A stretch of 64,000 nt of DNA from Tubiluchus corallicola (taxonomy: Eukaryota; Animalia; Priapulida): contig JAQGDQ010000724.1 in the NCBI GenBank assembly GCA_030141605.1, positions 1 through 64,000 on the forward strand. The letters are read 5' to 3'. The position numbers and the translations under genes are program-made. Shown one piece after another: positions 13,801 to 48,620 of this stretch (position 1 is the first letter of the stretch; the number at the start of each line of letters is the position of its first letter). The notes below the pieces were generated by a model, which saw only the letters and a program-made list of their open reading frames with translations, was not told the origin of the DNA and did not search any database.

Positions 13801-16130
13801 CAGTCTAAGTGTTAGAGATTGTTCTAAGTGAGTTCTGACTAGATGTTTCGGGTTGTTTGTAGATGTTTGGGACTGCTCTAAATGAGTCTGGTTAGATGCT
13901 GCAGTTTTGTCTATATATCTAACTAGATGAATAGAATTTGATGTACGTGTCAGATATTTCAGATTGTTCTAAGTGAGTTCTGATTAGATGTTTCAGAACG
14001 TCTGAGGATCTTAACAGACTATTGGGATCAGGTATAAGTGCCTTCAGATATGATGTAGATGTTTTCGGTTGCGTATAGATGCCATCTCACCAAACGGTTG
14101 CGTTTTCCTACCAGATGCTAGAGTTTGGTCATTGATGTCTTCTAAGAAGCTAATTGAGGCTATCGCTGTATTTCTCTATCAGATACTTATCTCATTTGCC
14201 TAACATGTCTTCTGGTTAGGTATCTGAGATTTGCAATAGATTTCATCAGTCTATGTGTTAGAGATTGTTCTAAGTGAGAGTTCTAACTAGGTGTTTCGGG
14301 TTGTTGGTAGATGTTTGGGACTGCTCTAAATGAGTTCTGGTTAGATGCTGCAGTTTTGTCTATATGTCTAAAATAGATGAATAGAATTGGATGTACGTGT
14401 CAGATATTTCAGATTGCTCTAAGTGAGTTCTGATTAGATGTTTCAGAATGTCTGTGGATCTTAACTGATTATCGAGATCAGGTATAAATGCCTTCAGACA
14501 TGATGTAGATGTTTTCGGTTGCGTATAGATGCCATCTCACCAAACGGTTGCGTCTTCCTACCAGATGCAAGAGTTTGGTCATTGATGTCTTCTAAGAAGC
14601 TAATTGAGGCTATCGCTGTATTTCTCTATCAGATCTTATGTCATTTGCCTAACATATCTTCTGGTTAGGTATCTGAGATTTGCAATAGATTTCATCAGTC
14701 TAAGTGTTAGAGATTGTTCTAAGTGAGTTCAGACTAGATGTTTCGGGTTGTTTGTAGATGTTTGGGACTGCTCTAAATGAGTCTGGTTAGATGCTGCAGT
14801 TTTGTCAATATAGCTAAATAGATGAATAGAATTTGATGTACGTGTCAGATGTTTCAGATTGCTCTAAGTGAGCTCTGATTAGATGTTTCAGAATGTCTGT
14901 GGATCTTAACTGATTATTGAGATCAGGTATAAATGCCTTCAGACATGATGTAGATGTTTTCGGTTGCGTATAGATGCCATCTCACCAAACGGTTGAGTCT
15001 TCCTACCAGATGCAAGAGTTTGGTCATTGATGTCTTCTAAGAAGCTAATTGAGGCTATCGCTGTATTTCTCTATCAGATCTTATGTCATTTGCCTAACAT
15101 GTCTTCTGGTTAGGTATCTGAAATTTGCAATAGATTTCATCAGTCTAAGTGTTAGAGATTGTTCTAAGTGAGTTCAGACTAGATGTTTCGGGTTGTTTGT
15201 AGCTGTTTGGGACTGCTCTAAATGAGTGGTTAGATGCTGCAGTTTTGTCAATATAGCTAAATAGATGAATAGAATTTGATGTACGTGTCAGATGTTTCAG
15301 ATTGCTCTAAGTGAGCTCTGATTAGATGTTTCAGAATGTCTGTGGATCTTAACTGATTATTGAGATCAGGTATAAATGCCTTCAGACATGATGTAGATGT
15401 TTTCGGTTGCGTATAGATGCCATCTCACCAAACGGTTGAGTCTTCCTACCAAATGCAAGAGTTTGGTCATTGATGTCTTCTAAGAAGCTAATTGAGGCTA
15501 TCGCTGTATTTCTCTATCAGATACTTATCTCATTGCCTAACATTGCCTGTACAGGTCTTCTGGTTAGGTATCTGAGATTTGCAATAGATTTCATCAGTCT
15601 ATGTGTTAGAGATTGTTCTAAGTGAGTTCTGACTAGATGTTTCGGGTTGTTTGTAGATATTTGGGACTGCTCTAAATGAGTCTGGTTAGATGCTGCAGTT
15701 TGTCTTTGTTTACGTGTCAGATGTTTCAGATTGTTTTAAGTGCGTTCTGACTAGATGTTTCAGAACGTCTGTGGATCTTAACAGATTATTGGGATCAGGT
15801 ATAAGTGCCTTCAGACATGATGTAGATGTTTTCGGTTGCGTATAGATGCCATCTCACCAAACGGTTGAGTCTTCCTACCAGATGCTAGAGTTTGGTCATT
15901 GATTTCTCCTAAGAAGCTAATTTTGAGACTATCGCTGTATTTCTCTATCAGATCTTATGTCATTGCCTAACATGTCTTCTGGTTAGGTATCTGAGATTTG
16001 CAAGATTTGTAGATGTTTGGGACTGCTCTAAATGAGTCTGGTTAGATGCTGCAGTTTTGTCAATATAGCTAAATAGATGAATAGAATTTGATGTACGTGT
16101 CAGATGTTTCAGATTGCTCTAAGTGAGCTC
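1835..16130. repeat. Satellite array B: ~32 copies of a 428/445/455-456-bp unit
   Basis: AGATGTTTCGGGTTG recurs at 1835, 2289, 2717, 3162, 3618, 4046, 4502, 4930, 5358, 5814 and onward. The same 72-aa pseudo-ORF recurs at 4274, 5586, 10484, 12274, 13185. Confidence 0.97.
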
Positions 16131-16940
16131 TGATTAGGTGTTTCAGGATGTCTAACTGAGGCTACCGGTGTTTTAACATTGCCTGTACAGGTCTTCTGAT
16201 TAGGTACTTGAGATTGGCGATAGATTTCATCTGCTACATGCTTGAGATTGCTCTCAGTGAGTTCTGTGATTAGATGTTTCAGTATGTCTGTAGATCTTAA
16301 CAGATTGTTGGGATTACATGTAAATGCCTTCAGACTTGAGGCGTTTGTGGATTTTTTAGATTGCTTATAAATGCCGTCTTGCCAGATGCTCAACATTGTC
16401 TGTACATGTCTCCTGCCATGTACTTTAAATTGGCACAACATTTCTTCTGATCGGATGTTTGTGATTAGTATGAATGAATTCTGACTAGCTGTTTTTGCCT
16501 AGATGTCTGAGTTTAAGTGAATTCTGACAGATGTTCCAGGTTGGTTGTAGTCCTTAACAGATTATTATGATTAGCTGCAGATGCCCTTTGACCAGATTTT
16601 TGATGTGTTATCAGATGCCTTAGATCGTTGTTGCTGGTAAACGTCTTCTGTAAGTGGATGTTGACGTTCTTTTACCAGTTGGTTGAGGTTGGCAGTAGAT
16701 GCCTTCATATCGAGTGCTGGAAATGCTTGTAGATTTCTTCTGATAAGGTACCTCAGCTTGGCAATAAAAATCTTCCTACCAAGTGATTGGGTTTAGCCAT
16801 TCCCGTCTTTTGACAAGGTAGTTTGTTTGCATATATCTCTATGCGGATGATTAACATTGCCTGTACAGGTCTTCTGATTAGGTGCTTCTGATTAAGTGCG
16901 TTCTAACTAGATGTTTCAGGATGTCTGTAGATCTTAACCA
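16131..16940. repeat. Diverged satellite-B-related border sequence
   Basis: Shuffled, mutated satellite B motifs (AACATTGCCTGTACAGGTCTTCTG, AGATGTTTCAG, GATCTTAACAGATT) without the regular period. Confidence 0.85.
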
Positions 16941-17189
16941 TGCAAATTTTGAAAAATTTTCAGCTAAATGTATTTAATCACCGCGATACTTTTTTTATTT
17001 TTTTGAAACTATATTTTAAAATTGTTTTTACGGGAGAAAGTTTAATGTCTCTTCAGGGATGAAGAAAATTTTCTGTTTGGAAACCTCTATCTTTGAAGTC
17101 CAGCGCAAATTAGGGGTATTGAAAAAGTTCGTTATTATACTGCATTTGAATGCTTTTTATGGCACGCATTGTTGGAGAAGTGTAAGGGT

Positions 17190-18232
17190 CTATTTCACTG
17201 TTCTATTTCAGAATTCCCCATGTCTTTGGAGAATTCTTTACCTTCAGCGAGAGACTGGTTGATACTCAACCGTCTTAGAAAGAATGACACCAAAACTGAG
17301 TTTATAATTTTTGGAAACTAGATTCAATTAGACAAATGATTGAAAACGTAGACTGTCATAGTTAACCTAACTTGCAATGATCTTATGCAAGTAATTCAAT
17401 TACATATCTTGGAGTAATTCTTGATCATATTTTAAAAACCATGCTAAATCTAAATGCAAAAAAGTAGCATTTAATCTGCGTCGTTTTATCAAGCTAAAAA
17501 ATTCCTATCTAGTGATACTATGAAATGTTTGCTGTCTGCATTGGTGTTATCTTATTTTGATTATGCTAATTAATTATTCATTGGGATACCTGACTGCACC
17601 ATCCAACCTATGCAGCGCCTTCAGAATTTAGCAGCAAAGGTTAATGTTGGTGCAGGAAAGTACAACAATGCTACTGCTTTACTGCTTCTATATTTTACTT
17701 TCACTGGTTACCGCTTAGATTTAGAAGTCTTTATAAATTAATAGTTCTCACATACAAAAGTTTACACGAACTCTCTCTCCTTTCTAGTTGTCTGATAGGT
17801 TACATAAACGCAACTACTGAACGAGCAAGTAGATCTTCCCATAATGAACTTTTGGTACCTCCTTTTAATAGAAAAAACCTTTGGCGACCTTGAGTTCTTC
17901 TATTGCACCAAAATATTATAACTCCTTAGCTTAAAACCTCAGAACTATTTTACGGTGCAACTATTTAAAAACGCCTGAAAACACATCTCAAAATAAAAAC
18001 TATCATGATTAATTATGAATTTCAAACTGCTGTAAACTACACTTATGCCCCATTTTTTACCATAATTTCTGTCGTGAAGACAATTTGTGTGTTTTGTGCA
18101 AAATTTTTAATAATTTTATTATTGTTACATTTTTCTATTTGTGCAATTGTAACCATAGTATTTTACTGCTCTGCACCATTAAAAGCGTTTTTCTTGAATG
18201 TGCGCTTTATAAAATACATTTTATTATTATAG
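17190..18232 (+). mobile_element. L2-clade LINE, degraded 5'-truncated 3' end (RT C-terminal region and tail)
   Basis: Broken-frame motifs WLILNRLRKNDTKTEFIIFG, YLGVILD, ALVLSYFDYAN, MQRLQNLAAK and FHWLPLRFR; 3' end GTGCGCTTTATAAAAT followed by (ATT)n. Confidence 0.85.
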
Positions 18233-19209
18233 TAGAGTACAAAACTGCTATGCAGATGAAACGCTGGGATAAATATGAAGAAAGTTTATTGAAGATAAGA
18301 AAACGTTTCACACAAGTACAGGAAGACAACTAACAAGACAAGAAAAGAGAATGAGACAAGTCTGTTTACAGTTAATCGCAGTACGTATTATCATAATTTT
18401 ATGTTAGCGTTCTGCATACAAGAGCTAATTACTGCCTCTGCAATAACAGTGCATATAAATCACCTTAAGTTGCTATTTGGCATTTCTAGTGTTTAACCGC
18501 TTAAGCACTCTGCTGCCTTCATGCCTCGCTGGGGTTGGCTTCTCTTACTTTACTAATAATCTTGTAATACCTCACTGCAAAATGCTTTCAATGTTGATCC
18601 TGCTACTGAGGATCACTAGAGAGTTCACATTACGCACGTCTTTAAGCTCGACAGCCAGTAATTAACTCTCTACTCCCGCCTCGCTCTCTTCCTTATAGTC
18701 TTGTGACATAAGCAATCTTGTGGCCGTTTTCTGTATAGCCAATAGTCAAAATGACAAACTTTACATCTCTACTTCCTTTACTAAATCTTAATACAATTTC
18801 CTACTAATAACTCTACTCACACAAATTTGCTAAACAAGTCAATCAAACTCTCTCAGTTTCCACAAAATCTGAAACATGATGACATGTCGTCAGGTCAATC
18901 ATCGGACCAGTATTGGTATCTTCATGAATGACTTGCATTATTTCATTAAAGAATGTCATAATGAATATAATGAATATCATTAATGGATATTCTGATTTTA
19001 ATATTTTAAGTAGCTCTGCAAATAACATTGACGGTCTTGTAATGTCCTTAGAGTCTGATACAAAGATTTTTTTGTAAAACGGTCTAAAGAAAATCATATA
19101 GTGTCACTGGTGAAGAGTTACAGTTTGAACTTACTTTTGATGGTTATATTGAGGATTGCAAAAAGGCCGCCAAGCAAATAAATGAAGTAAAAGACTGTCA
19201 AAATTTCTT

Positions 19210-19520
19210 GACAAAAATAGTCGTACGGCCATTTCTCGGTCTTTTATCTTTGCAGAGCTAAAAATTAATACCCCAAAACTGGGAGAATTTCAGCAAAGAG
19301 TACGTAGATTTGTAAGAAATATAATTGTAACTATGAGCAGCTGTTGTCAAAAGGAAATCTAAAAATATTGAATCTTGGCAGATTTAGGTGCTTAGTAACT
19401 GAGATGTACAAATCGCTTAATAATCGAAACCCTATATTTGTTCAAAAACTTTTTATTCCCAAACACGCTATCTGTGAACTTCTGGGCCTAGAATAAACAA
19501 ACAGATCAACAATGCATCAG
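19210..19520 (+). mobile_element. CR1/Crack-like LINE C-terminal fragment
   Basis: Translates in part to KLGEFQQRVRRFV...YEQLLSKGNLKILNLGRFRCLVTEMYKSLNNRNPIFVQKLF, matching the KLExxQxRALR...YExLL...EVYKxLN pattern of CR1-group ORF2. Confidence 0.7.
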
Positions 19521-19682
19521 AGAATGAAATAATAACTACAGTTGCTAGTCTTATGTATTATGTGCATGTATATGTATGTATAACGTACCTTAGGAGGCAA
19601 GAATTTAGATTCTTTGGAATATTGATTTAATTTTGTTTTCCGTTCCTAGATGGCAGCGTCAAGATTTTGATTATCATCTGTT

Positions 19683-19702
19683 CCACGTCAGCTAACCAAT
19701 CA
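19683..19702 (+). promoter_or_regulatory. PERK proximal promoter: UPRE-like CCACGTCA (TGACGTGG on - strand) and adjacent CCAAT box
   Basis: Sequence TTCCACGTCAGCTAACCAATCAC, 160-180 bp upstream of the PERK ATG. Confidence 0.55.
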
Positions 19703-19860
19703 CAGTGTTTGTTGTCTATAATGATTCATGTCTGTACAGTAGTTCTGTATTGTGTGAGCAGTATTAATATATTATTATTATTCTCTTTGGTATAATTACT
19801 GTTAGGTGGGAGTTTGTTACTAAAACGTCAAATTGCACGAATGTTTTGTTCAATATCTTC

Positions 19861-41953
<22,093 letters not shown>

Positions 41954-42565
41954 CTGAAGAGATGGTGTCTATAATGTACAGCATGTATATTTTTATGTGA
42001 TGATTCTGCATAAAAACCTGTCTTTCATAAGAGTGTCCAAAACACTTGATACAAGCAAATAGTTTGCTACTAGCAAATGTATAATCTGAGAAACCTAGAT
42101 AAGCATTTTTGTCAGGTGTATTGTGCAATTGAAAAATTCAATATCATATTCGGGTTTTTACTTTTAACATTGTGCATCGTTCTTAATTTACTGGCGCTAG
42201 GGTTGATCATACTTCTTTGTTTGTCATCTTAATTATTTTTCATTTTGTGCTTAGTGATAATGGCAATACAATTTTATGTTGTAATATTTAGTAGCTGAAA
42301 TTGTAACTCGTTCAAAGCTTAGGAATCACCAGTACTGGCTAATGTAAATAAATAGACTAGAAGTCACTAGATTATGATCCTCGCTTGTAGCTTATAAACT
42401 ATGTTTCCTGATACGTGTAATAAAGAGTAGTGAAATTAAAAATATTGCATATGTTCTAGTTTATCTTTTTTTTGTTTCGTATGGATGGAGCCAAATTGCT
42501 AAGCACACCATTTTGTTTAAGTAAACAAAAATAATGCTTTTGTTTCTATTTGTAATAAGTTATGC

Positions 42566-42571
42566 AATAAA
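42566..42571 (+). terminator. Candidate PERK polyadenylation signal
   Basis: AATAAA ~610 nt after the stop, followed by T-rich sequence. Other AATAAA hexamers occur nearby. Confidence 0.35.
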
Positions 42572-43161
42572 AGTAATTGTCATTCATTTTATATCTCTTT
42601 ATATTATATCAATACTTAGTGTTAACACTGCAATAATAAACTAGTAAATGAATTTGAATTTTTTGGCAGCCAGCTTACACACAGATAATTTATTGTACAA
42701 TATTTGTGATTTAGGTACTAACAATTCAGTCGTCGTAAAAACATTGTACTTTTGATGCTTGTTTGAATTATTTTTTAATAAAGAATTGGAGTAAATCGAC
42801 GATTGTATGAATTTAGACAAGCACAAGTAAGCTTAAAGCAACAAAAAGAACACTGTTAGTAGCTAACAATCATTACATATAAAGATCTATAGTAAGTACA
42901 GCACAAACGTTAATTTACAATGCCATTAGAGTGCCCTGAGGCAAATTGTTTTTTTAAATTTTAAAAGACAAACAGATATTAATAAATAATGTCGCAGGCA
43001 AGCAGTAAGCAGATTATTTTGACAGATTTTTTAAGACTGAAACTGACTAGTCCTACTGCTGGGATGATCGGGAAAGCAACATATATAGTAAGATCAGCAT
43101 AGATTCAAAGTGCCATGAATAGAGTTAAGGTTCATTATTACATATGTTTGTTGTTGTTAGT

Positions 43162-43660
43162 TGTAATGGCACGTGAAGGGTGTATAGCGGGATGCATAAA
43201 CGAAGTGTGGACGAGCATCAGTGGGGTAAATACGAATGGAGTTTATTGAAGTTTACATAACATCTCAGTTTATAAATTCAACGATAACGCAGCATATGTG
43301 AATTCACATAAGTGAGTAATAAGCCTTAGCATACAAGTTACGTATCTATAATATCTAAACTAGGTGGATATGAGATAAAACTCAGAACAGTAGGTTGCTT
43401 GCTGACATGCTTTTTACTAACTAGATGACGTCATCGTCATGTGACAGTAAACTGACGATACTACTTTTCCTCCCACCCTTGATGAAAACTTTTCCATCAC
43501 TCTATGAAATGAACTGTTCATCTTACCCAGATTCTAAATGCACAATGTTTCATAAGGATTTTGCAAACAATCTTAACTGCTTCAATCTTCAAACAAGCAT
43601 TTACTTAAATATGTACTTTCTGGAAGATATTTAGCCACATGCATTCACCAAAAGTGCTAA
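43162..43660 (-). mobile_element. Probable 3' end (polypurine tract and ~300-bp LTR) of an older LTR retrotransposon on the minus strand
   Basis: Minus strand shows AAGGGTGGGAGGAAAA followed by GTAGTATCG..., an AATAAA at ~43243 and an end ...ATTACA at 43162. Confidence 0.45.
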
Positions 43661-43664
43661 GAAA

Positions 43665-46600
43665 TGTATGTATTTATCCATTTATGATATCTGGTGAATA
43701 AATTATGTTTATCAGCAATGGCTGCTTGTGCGTAGTTCACAATAAAATGTAGCGACTCTTGATGGGATAGTAATCGCTGTGTGAAGATTTTTAGTGAAAA
43801 TTTAGATGGCGAATGCACAGATAATTGGGTCCGTCAGCGAGTTTAATTCCAGTACGGAAGATCGGTGTAATTACCAGTAACGGTTAGAAGCGTGGATGAG
43901 AGTGAATAATATTAATGACCAACAGAAGGTAGATGTTTTCTTGTCATTAATTGGTCCGGAAGCGTTTAGCTTAGTGTCCTCTCTTGTAACGCCAGAACGG
44001 TGAATAAAAAACCTTATGTGGAACTGACAAATAAATTATCGGATTATTATAAACCACGCCGTAATAAGATAGCCGAGAGACTAACTAGGTGAATCCATTG
44101 CGGAATATATTGTAGAGCTACAGAAATGCAGTAAATATTGCGAATTTTCAGCTCAAGAGCTGTCTGACAACTTGCGTGACACTTTTGTGTGTGGGCTTCG
44201 TACTGGATTCATACAAAAGAAATTATTGGAAAGCTCTGATTTAACGTGGAACACAGCTCGGGAGATAGCATTAAATATGGAGGCAGCTACACGAGATACA
44301 AGTACACTTTCTGGCAGCGGATATGGTTCATCCGAGGTAAACTACACTGGAAGAGGTAAAAATTTGAGAAAGAAATTGGTAAAACCTAGTTACCCGATGA
44401 CTGTAAATAAACCGCATGTTTCAAGTAAATGTGGTCGGTGTTTGGGTGCGCATGAGGCATGGAGATGTCAGTTTAGGAACGCCAAATGTTATAAATGTTC
44501 AAAAATTGGTCATATCGCAAAGGGATGTAGAAGTGGACGTGGACTACCGGGAAATACCAATAGTGTTAATCCAGACAGTGATTGTGCTGACGTGGTTCAA
44601 ATTAGTTCCTTGTATAATCTTGGTACAGCAAAAAGTGCTACTACAAATGAGTACCAAGTGAGTGTCATTGTGAACAGGAAGCGAGTTTTGTTTACAGTAG
44701 ATACTGGAGCTATGGTATCAGTTGTATCAGAAACTGAGTATCAGGAAAAATGTTCTATTCTGCCTTTGCAACACACTGATTTAAAACTTCGTAGTTACTG
44801 TGGTAATGAAGTACCGGTGTTAGGTCAAATACATGTTAGCGTGTGCTATGCAGGTCAGCAAGTGACCCTTCCACTTGTGGTTCAAGGTGATCGTGTTCCG
44901 TTATTGGGACGAAACTGGTTGAAGCATCTTAAGCTAAATTGGTCTGAAATTTTCAACGTATATAAGCCTACATGTGGTGCCACAGCTGATAGTGTGATGG
45001 AAGTCACACTGACACAAGTCAGTTTTTCAGTCATGTAGTAAACCGATTGAAAGCTACAAAGCACACATTGAGCTTAAACAAGGTGCAAGACCTATATTTT
45101 GGAGATAGCGACCAGTACCCTATGCTCTTAAGGATGCTGTGGATGAGGAGTTAACCCGGTTAGAAAACAATGGTATTATAAAGAAAGTGGAAAATAGAAA
45201 TGGGCTGCTCCAATAGTGGTTGTCCCCAAAAAGAAAACTGGGAAGGTCAGGATTTGTGGTGATTATAAGGTCACAGTAAATCAAGTAGTGGAAGACGAAC
45301 CGCATGATTTTCCGACAACAGCTGATATGTTTGCGACCCTATCAGGTGGTAAAATTTTTACCAAGTTGGATTTAACAAATGCATATCAACAGCTAGAACT
45401 AGACGAAGAGTCTAAAGAATTACTGACTGTGAACACTCATCGAGGCCTTTACCAGTATCAACATCTTGCTTTTGGTGTGGAAACTGCGCCAGCAATTTTC
45501 CAGAAAATGATGGATAAAATTTTGTGTGGTGTTGAGCATACATGTTGTAAAATAGATGATATTTTAATTAGTGCACGTGATGATAATGTGCTTACTAGAT
45601 TAGCTAACCATAATATACATCTAGGCAGAGATAAATGTTATGTAGGTGTTCAAAGTGTTGAATTTTTAGGTCATATGATTGAGCCAGCTGGAGTTAGACC
45701 TACCGAAGAAAAGGTAGAAGCCATTCTTAAAGCTAAAACTCCCAGAAATGTTTCTGAGCTTAGATCATTCTTAGGTATTGTAAATTACTACTCACATTTC
45801 TTGCCTGATTTATAAACTACCTTTGCTTCTTTGTACCAGTTGTTGCAAAAAGGTGTTCCACGGAAATGGTCATCAGAGTGTGACAGTGCACAATGTAAAG
45901 TTAAACAGTGCTTAACTAGTGATTCATTGTTAGTGCACTATGATTTAAAGAAGCCACTCACCTTGGCATGTGATGCTTCACCATTTGGTGTTGGTTGTGT
46001 CATATAGCACATCATGGAAAATGGCGAAGAACGTCCGATTGCTTATGCGTCTAGAACTTTGACAGCTGCAGAGAAGGGTTACAGTCAGATTGAAAAGGAG
46101 GCACTTGACATAGTGTATGGTGTTCAAAAGTTTCACAAATATTTGTATGGGCAGCATTTTACATTGCATACCGATCATAAGCCTTTGACTGCCATCTTTG
46201 GGCCAAAAACAGCTGTGCCTACTCTTGCTACGTTAAGACTACAGCGTTGGTCTTTAATTCTTATGGGCTATGAATATGACATCCGTTACAGGAAGTCAAG
46301 TGACCATGAAAATGCTGATACATTGTCTAGGTTTCCATTATCTGGTTGTACTTTAGCAACTGAGTTGGATGTTAATTATTTTTCTTATGTAAATGATTTG
46401 CCAGTTACAGCAAAGAGTATCAGTGAAGAATCTCGTAAAGATCCTATTTTGTCTAGAGTATGGTATCATGTCATGAACGGTTGGCCTGCTCAGGTAGATC
46501 AAAATAGTCCTTTAATGCCTTATTTTCTTAGATGCCATGAGTTGTCTAATGACAATGGTTGTCTTCTTTGGGGGCTACGTGTCATTATACCACCCCGTTT

Positions 46601-48342
46601 CCAGTCTCAACTACTTGACGAATTGCACCGTGAGCATTTTGAAATGGTGCATATGAAAGCTTTAGCTCGTTCTTATTTTTGTTATCCTGGCTTAGATGCT
46701 GATATCGAAAATTTAGTAAAAGGCTGTAGTGTATGCCTTAGTGTTAGAAATAATCCAGTGCGTGCACCAGTAATTCCTTGGAAATTTCCGTCTAAAGTGT
46801 GGGAGAGAGTGCACATTGATTTCTTTGAGATTGATGGGAAGCATTTCCTTATCTTGGTTGATGCCTATTCTAAATGGTTAGAGATACAGTATATGCCATC
46901 TACAACTTCTACAAGAACAATCGAAGTACTTGGTACTTGGTTTGCTTCTTTTGGGCTACCTGTTGAGTTAGTATCTGACAATGGGCCTCAACTGGTATCT
47001 GAACAGTTTGAGAACTTCTTGAGATCAAATGGTGTAAAACATGGTGCTGCTGAGTGTAATGTTCAAACTGCAAAATTAGCTTTAACTAAATACATGATGG
47101 AAGCTAAGAATATACCTTACATGACTATTTGTAAAATGCTGAATAACTTTTTACTTACTTATAGGAATACTCCACATAGTACAACTGGACGTAGTCCAGC
47201 AGAACTTATGTTGCAGAGAATGCCTAGAATTAGATTTAGTATGTTAAAACCAGGTTTAAGAGAGGAAGTGGTTAGTAAGCAGGAGAAAACAGTTGATCAT
47301 GATAAAACTGTTTGTGAATTCTCTGTAGGTGAGACAGTTAGGGTGAGGAATCACCGTGGAGGTGTGCTTAAGTGGGACATTGGCAAAGTTGTAAAGAGAA
47401 TTGGTGTTGTTAGGTACAGAGTTAAGATTGGTTATCAGGTTAAGCATGTACATGTAAATCATATGCTGAAAAGTGGAGAATTTGTTAATGATGATGATTG
47501 TGTAAAATTGGATGGGTCTACAGATGATGTGATCAGAATTCCAGTTAGTCAGCCTGTGGCTGAATCTGAAACATTGCCTGTAAAAGATTCAAGTTCCATT
47601 GCTGAATCAGTTAAAAATTATGATGGTGATTTACCGACTGTAGACAAACCTTCAATTTTTGAAAAAAAATCATCCAGTAACTGTATTGCTTAAACCACCC
47701 ATAGAACCTGTTAGTCGATCCAGTAGAATCTGGAAGGCTCCTGATAGCTTGATTGAGTCTGTGTGATTTGTTTGCAAATTGGTACCTTAATTGAAATAAT
47801 CTAGTACTGATTTTGAATTTCTGTATTACTGCACATACAAATTGGTGTTTGTATTTTCACTGGCTAATTGTCATTATAGCTTATAATAGTTATTCTGATT
47901 GAAGATTTCTTTTGGTATACTATACCTAATTAGAGTTATATTACACGTACTTAGGTCTACTTGTTGCTTACGTATTTTAGTTGTCGCAATTCATTATAGT
48001 TATGTTCAATTATTTTGATAATTCAGTACATGTTACTCTGGCTGTTTGATGGGTTTCCCCAAATTACTTAACTGCGTAAATTTAAATGGTTTGAGAGAGA
48101 ATCAAACAAGTTAAATAATACCTAATTCTGTGTAAGTTCACAGTGGTGTATTCGTTGTGCATTGAAGTTGTATTGCACATTTCAAAAACTATCTTTTGTT
48201 GATTTTCCTAAATGTGTTAAGTTTATTTTGATGCTAGTTTATATCTAGAGGGGAAGATTGTTATGTATTTATCTAATTGTGATGTCTGGTGAATAAATTA
48301 TGTTTATCAGTAATGGCTGCTTGTGCGTAGTTCACAATAACT
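43665..48342 (+). mobile_element. Ty3/Gypsy (Mag-type) LTR retrotransposon, near full-length and degenerate, with ~84-bp LTRs
   Basis: Direct repeats at 43665-43747 and 48259-48342; PPT AGAGGGGAAGA before the 3' LTR; domain order gag-PR-RT-RH-INT; two Zn knuckles CX2CX3HX4C and CX2CX4HX4C. Confidence 0.93.
43806..47693 (+). pseudogene. Disrupted gag-pol polyprotein of the Gypsy element
   Basis: gag ATG 43806 with stops and frameshifts; LRDTFVCGL; protease VDTGA; RT RICGDYK, KLDLTNAYQQ and KIDD in place of YxDD; RNase H LACDAS and YSQIEKEAL; integrase HIDF, DAYSKW, SDNGPQ with a deletion before the catalytic Glu region. Confidence 0.92.
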
Positions 48343-48620
48343 ACTATGCCTGCAGCTGCATTGCTATGTCTGCAGCTACACTGCCTCGTCTGCAACTACA
48401 CTACTATGTCTGCAGCTGCATTGCTACGTCTGCAGCTACACTGCCTCGTCTGCAACTACACTACTATGCCTGCAACAACACTGCTACGCCTGCAACTACA
48501 CTGCCTCGTCTGCAACTACACTACTATGCCTGCAGCTGCATTGCTACGTCTGCAGCTACGTTACTGCACCTGCACCTACACTGATCTGCCTTCAAGTGCA
48601 TTGCTACGTCTGCAGCTACA
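48341..48620. repeat. 60-bp minisatellite (3 x 20-bp subunits), ~4.5 copies
   Basis: CTACTATGYCTGCAGCTGCA/TTGCTAYGTCTGCAGCTACA/CTGCCTCGTCTGCAACTACA repeated at a 60-bp pitch. Confidence 0.92.

Noticed and set aside
18390-19100. Possible coding remnant on the minus strand (ORF 18843-19097 and neighbours)
   Set aside because: No recognisable motif or splice support; left unannotated.
19683-19700. Canonical ERSE or ERSE-II
   Set aside because: The order is CCACG-N8-CCAAT, not CCAAT-N9-CCACG or ATTGG-N-CCACG. Only the UPRE and CCAAT box are called.
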